Assembly: GCA_020632335.1 (NCBI GenBank)
Contig: JACKFV010000001.1
Location: 510,001 to 542,000, forward strand
Direction of reading: 5' to 3'
Length of the DNA stretch: 32,000 nt
Origin: Candidatus Saccharimonadota bacterium
GTDB taxonomy: Bacteria > Patescibacteriota > Gracilibacteria > UBA4473
This document shows positions 29,023-32,000 of the stretch, one piece after another (within the stretch, counting starts at the first letter, position 1; every line of letters starts with the position of its first letter). A program made the translations under genes and the position numbers. The notes beneath the pieces are model-generated. The model was not told the DNA's origin. It saw only the letters and a list, made by a program, of their open reading frames with translations, and searched no databases.

Positions 29023-29120
29023 TGCTGCTATTGTCGTTGGGATATCACAATGCAATATCTGCTGTATGGCACAAGAGAAAAGAGTGGATCGGTGGTTGCT
29101 TCCTCCGGTAAACTGCCCTG

Positions 29121-32000
29121 ATGACTCTTCTTTCCATGCGTCACTTCTTCTCCGTTTCGGCTCTGCTTTCTCTGGTATGTTCTTGGCTCCTCCCGCTGGT
29201 ACCCGTCCAGCAGGCCCTGGCGAACATGACCGTGAATAACGACACGGGCCAGGTGCATATTGACTTCACCAACGGGGTGGGCATAGCGCCTGATGGGGCT
29301 CCGCTGCGGGAGAACGTCACTATCAACGGTGGTGGTGGGGGGAGTATCACCATCGCCGGAGGGCAGAACAGTGGCTACTTCACCACGGTAGATATCGCTC
29401 CGGTGAGTTTTGACTCCTGGGGGCAGATCACTCTAGGGGGTATCTACCCCAGTACCACCAGTACTACGGTGAGCCTCTACGAGTGTACCGGGGTGGGAGA
29501 CATCCCCATAGCGGGCTACCAGAATATGACCCCGGTGGCGGGAGTGGTGAACATCAGCACCCTGCCGACGAGCACCAGCTGTGTGCGTGCCCGAGTAGAC
29601 ATGAGCCGCAACGGGGGCACGCTGGCTCCCACGATGACCGACTTTACCCTCAGCTGGACGCCACTGCCGGTACTGCTGACGAACATCACCGGGACGCCCA
29701 CCACCGCGGTAGGCACGCACCTGAACTACAACGTGCAGTACAGTGTGAGCTACTCGCAGGACTCTGGCGTGGTGCTGTGGGTACCACTCCCTGAGGCAGG
29801 GAGCGGCATCGGCTGCCAGACGCTGAGCTTTAACCAAGACGTAACGCCGGCCTTTGTGAGTGCGACTAATGGCGGACTGCTGAATACCACCGGAGGGCCG
29901 ATAACCGTAGCGGGGGTGAGCGTGCCAGACAACGCCGTGTACTGGAATCTGGGAGCTATAGACGCCGGAATAACGGACATTGTGAGCTTTGAGCTCAGCA
30001 CCCAGAATGGCTGGCAAGATGGCATCTGCTATAGCCTGACCAGCTACGCGGATAGCGTGGAGAGTGCCCTGGCAGTGAGCGACAGTAACCCCAGCACTGC
30101 TGGGGCACAGCCCTTTGTGAGTACGCTGACCAGCGAGCCGGCGCCAAGCATCGTGAAGAGAGTGGCTGGTACCATCAGCCTGGATGGCGAGAACCACGTG
30201 TACTTCTTGCCCCCGTATGGGCCACAGGTGACGTATAGCATCCAGATAAAAAATACCGGGGCCATCACGGGGCGAGAGGTGATCTTTGACTCGGTGATTA
30301 CTGATGACCTGAGCGATATCTTCGCTCAGCTGGAGGGGAGCTGTGGGGTGAGTGCCGGCAGCGCTGCTACGCGCATCAGTGGCATCAGCAGCCCTGGGGT
30401 ACTGAGTGGGAATAGCATTGTGTGGGACTTTACGGGGGATCACCTGGCGCCGTATGCCACGCGTACGGTGAACTTTATGGTGGACTACACCGGCTGTGAC
30501 GCCGCCCCCGGGCTGGAGGTAGATAACACCGCTATGCTCGGCGGGGCTAATATGCTGCCCCTGCAAGATAGCGAGGCCGTGGTGATGGATATCCCGCTGA
30601 CGCCCAGTGGGAGCTTTGCCAAAGGGGACGAAGTAGTAGGGGTAGAGATACGCGCGGGGCGAGACGACAACGTACAGCCGAATGACCTGACGACGTACGG
30701 AGACACCGCCACGTACTTCCTGTATACGCAGAACCCCAGTACCGTGCGGCTAGACGACATCGTGATGCTGGATATGGTGCCCGAGGGGGAGACCTTCCAG
30801 AGTGCTTCTCTGCCACCACTGGCCAACGGGACGGTGTGGTACTCGACCGATACGGGCGCTACAGACCCCGCCATACCACCAGCGTATGACTACACGCAGA
30901 TGGCCACCGGTACCCCGCACATGGGGTGGAGCACTACCCTGCCCAGCCCGGCCAGTAGCGTGACGTGGGTGGCCTTCTATATACCGTGTTTGAACTCGCC
31001 CTTCTTCCCCGCGCCGAGTGGGGACGTCTGCGCGATGGCGCCTACCAGCGTCCGCGGGACGATCAAAAATACGGTCGATATTCCGGCGGACCTCTGTAGT
31101 GCCTATAGCATCTTGAATACCGGGAACTTTGCCATCTATGAGGCCAGCACGAGTGTAGTGAATGCGGACACCGACGTGAGCGCGCTGGCTAGCCCTATTA
31201 CCTATACCGATGACACCGAGCAAACCCACGTGACCCCCAGCGTGCCTACCTTCAGCATTAATAGTACTTTCACTGGGCCGTCTACGCTGCCCACCAGTAC
31301 CACGGGGGTGTATACCATTACGCTCAAGAATGACGGTACGGATACCTCTGTGGCTACCACGGTGACGCTGCATATTCCGCAGTTGTTGGTCAATGGAGCG
31401 ATGGAATACCCCTCGGTATTCAACGTAACGGGAGGCACAGCCAACCTCAGCCAGCTGCCTATAGATGGCACGGTGACGGTGACGGTAGGGCCTATCCCTG
31501 CCGGAGCGACCAAGACGGTGCAGTTCAGTGTGCTGGTGCCAGAGGGTATCTTGGTCGGGACTACCCTGAACCTTTCTGCGCAGGTGAGCGCCACGGATAA
31601 TAACGCTTGTACGGTGAATCCGCATACGCTCACGCGCAGTACAGCCCTCACGGCGCTACCAGAGCTCAACGTCTATAAGACGCGGGATGAGGCGCTGATC
31701 GGCTCAGGGGATAGTATCCACTATGACATAGAGCTCTTGAATGTGGGTACGGCCTCCAGCACGCAGACGGTGGTGGTAGACCGCATACCGCAGTACACGG
31801 TGTTTGAGACGGCTTACACCACAGGTACCAATGCAAACGGTACCACCTACACTTGTAGTGGCTGTGATGTCTTCTTTAGCGATGGGAGTACCTTGCCGGT
31901 AGGCTTTGGTACGCCGATAAACCCCATCACTCCTGCGCAGGTGGTGTCGCTCTTTACCCCGGGGGTAGAGACTTCCCCGGGTGTGTGGGGGAGCCCCTTT
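29121..32000 (+). CDS. large secreted/cell-surface protein with DUF11-type (conserved repeat domain) beta-sandwich repeats; 5' partial, continues beyond the window end
   Basis: Absent from the ORF track because there is no stop in the window. The frame is open for 960 codons from ATG 29121. The signal peptide is MTLLSMRHFFSVSALLSLVCSWLLPLVPVQQALA. Repeats are of the type LNVYKTRDEALIGSGDSIHYDIELLNVGTASSTQTVVVDRIP, GVYTITLKNDGTDTSVATTVTLHIP and VTYSIQIKNTGAITGREVIFDSVI. TAAACT sits 6 nt upstream of the ATG. Confidence 0.85.
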   Translation, partial: MTLLSMRHFFSVSALLSLVCSWLLPLVPVQQALANMTVNNDTGQVHIDFTNGVGIAPDGAPLRENVTINGGGGGSITIAGGQNSGYFTTVDIAPVSFDSWGQITLGGIYPSTTSTTVSLYECTGVGDIPIAGYQNMTPVAGVVNISTLPTSTSCVRARVDMSRNGGTLAPTMTDFTLSWTPLPVLLTNITGTPTTAVGTHLNYNVQYSVSYSQDSGVVLWVPLPEAGSGIGCQTLSFNQDVTPAFVSATNGGLLNTTGGPITVAGVSVPDNAVYWNLGAIDAGITDIVSFELSTQNGWQDGICYSLTSYADSVESALAVSDSNPSTAGAQPFVSTLTSEPAPSIVKRVAGTISLDGENHVYFLPPYGPQVTYSIQIKNTGAITGREVIFDSVITDDLSDIFAQLEGSCGVSAGSAATRISGISSPGVLSGNSIVWDFTGDHLAPYATRTVNFMVDYTGCDAAPGLEVDNTAMLGGANMLPLQDSEAVVMDIPLTPSGSFAKGDEVVGVEIRAGRDDNVQPNDLTTYGDTATYFLYTQNPSTVRLDDIVMLDMVPEGETFQSASLPPLANGTVWYSTDTGATDPAIPPAYDYTQMATGTPHMGWSTTLPSPASSVTWVAFYIPCLNSPFFPAPSGDVCAMAPTSVRGTIKNTVDIPADLCSAYSILNTGNFAIYEASTSVVNADTDVSALASPITYTDDTEQTHVTPSVPTFSINSTFTGPSTLPTSTTGVYTITLKNDGTDTSVATTVTLHIPQLLVNGAMEYPSVFNVTGGTANLSQLPIDGTVTVTVGPIPAGATKTVQFSVLVPEGILVGTTLNLSAQVSATDNNACTVNPHTLTRSTALTALPELNVYKTRDEALIGSGDSIHYDIELLNVGTASSTQTVVVDRIPQYTVFETAYTTGTNANGTTYTCSGCDVFFSDGSTLPVGFGTPINPITPAQVVSLFTPGVETSPGVWGSPF

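Noticed and set aside
28858-29055. 65-aa reverse-strand ORF (TTG start) in the region upstream of the RT
   Set aside because: It has a non-ATG start and no promoter-to-start geometry. Its third-position G/C bias is clearly weaker than in the neighbouring genes. It would span the predicted promoter itself. I treat the region as non-coding or ncRNA.
29433-31669. Reverse-strand ORFs of 377, 291, 155 and 129 aa
   Set aside because: All lie antisense to the uninterrupted forward frame that encodes a signal peptide plus DUF11 repeats. Their translations are Arg/His/Gly-rich with no recognisable domain.
27549-32000. Diversity-generating retroelement (the RT diversifying the adjacent surface protein)
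   Set aside because: No Avd-like gene is present, and I could find no template/variable repeat pair in the window. RT motif 5 reads QGVPLMALFAN rather than the DGR-typical (I/L)GxxxSQ. The idea cannot be fully excluded because the C-terminus of the surface protein lies outside the window.
1-32000. CRISPR arrays, IS elements, transposases, integrases, prophage genes, rRNA genes
   Set aside because: Reading both strands, I found no regularly spaced direct repeats, no terminal inverted repeats flanking a transposase-like ORF, and no recombinase or phage structural motifs.

Overview
GC-rich bacterial chromosomal window in the standard genetic code (TGA is used as a stop). It is densely packed with housekeeping genes in a scrambled order. 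On the reverse strand: dnaN (partial), pyrH, dnaJ, a four-gene ATGA-coupled operon (GT-GH57-psd-pgi), rpmH, tkt, tsaD, a UvrD-type helicase-nuclease and an OmpR-type response regulator. On the forward strand: secY, an rplU-HhH fusion, serS, a ydjC-like gene, lepA, ychF, holB and gatC. RNA genes read directly from the sequence are tRNA-Cys(GCA), tRNA-Arg(TCT), tRNA-Leu(CAA) and a type-A RNase P RNA (rnpB) on the reverse strand. Four genes are absent from the ORF track: dnaN and a large secreted DUF11-repeat protein (both run off the window ends), rpmH (52 aa) and a 32-aa membrane peptide. The most interesting locus is 25482..29022 on the reverse strand. It is a translationally coupled three-gene operon: a standalone reverse transcriptase with an unusual VGDD active site, a fused ABC-exporter-like protein whose ATPase motifs are degenerate, and a small 4-TM protein. 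The operon is preceded by about 340 nt of non-coding DNA with its own strong sigma70-like promoter and small hairpins, a candidate template or regulatory ncRNA. I could not match it to a DGR, a group II intron or a classic retron, and I propose it as a candidate undescribed RT-based, possibly defence-related, membrane-effector system. A second window-wide signal is a recurring architecture of TTGnnn, 16-17 nt, TAnnnT, 6 nt, ATG, which implies that most promoter-proximal genes here are translated from leaderless mRNAs.
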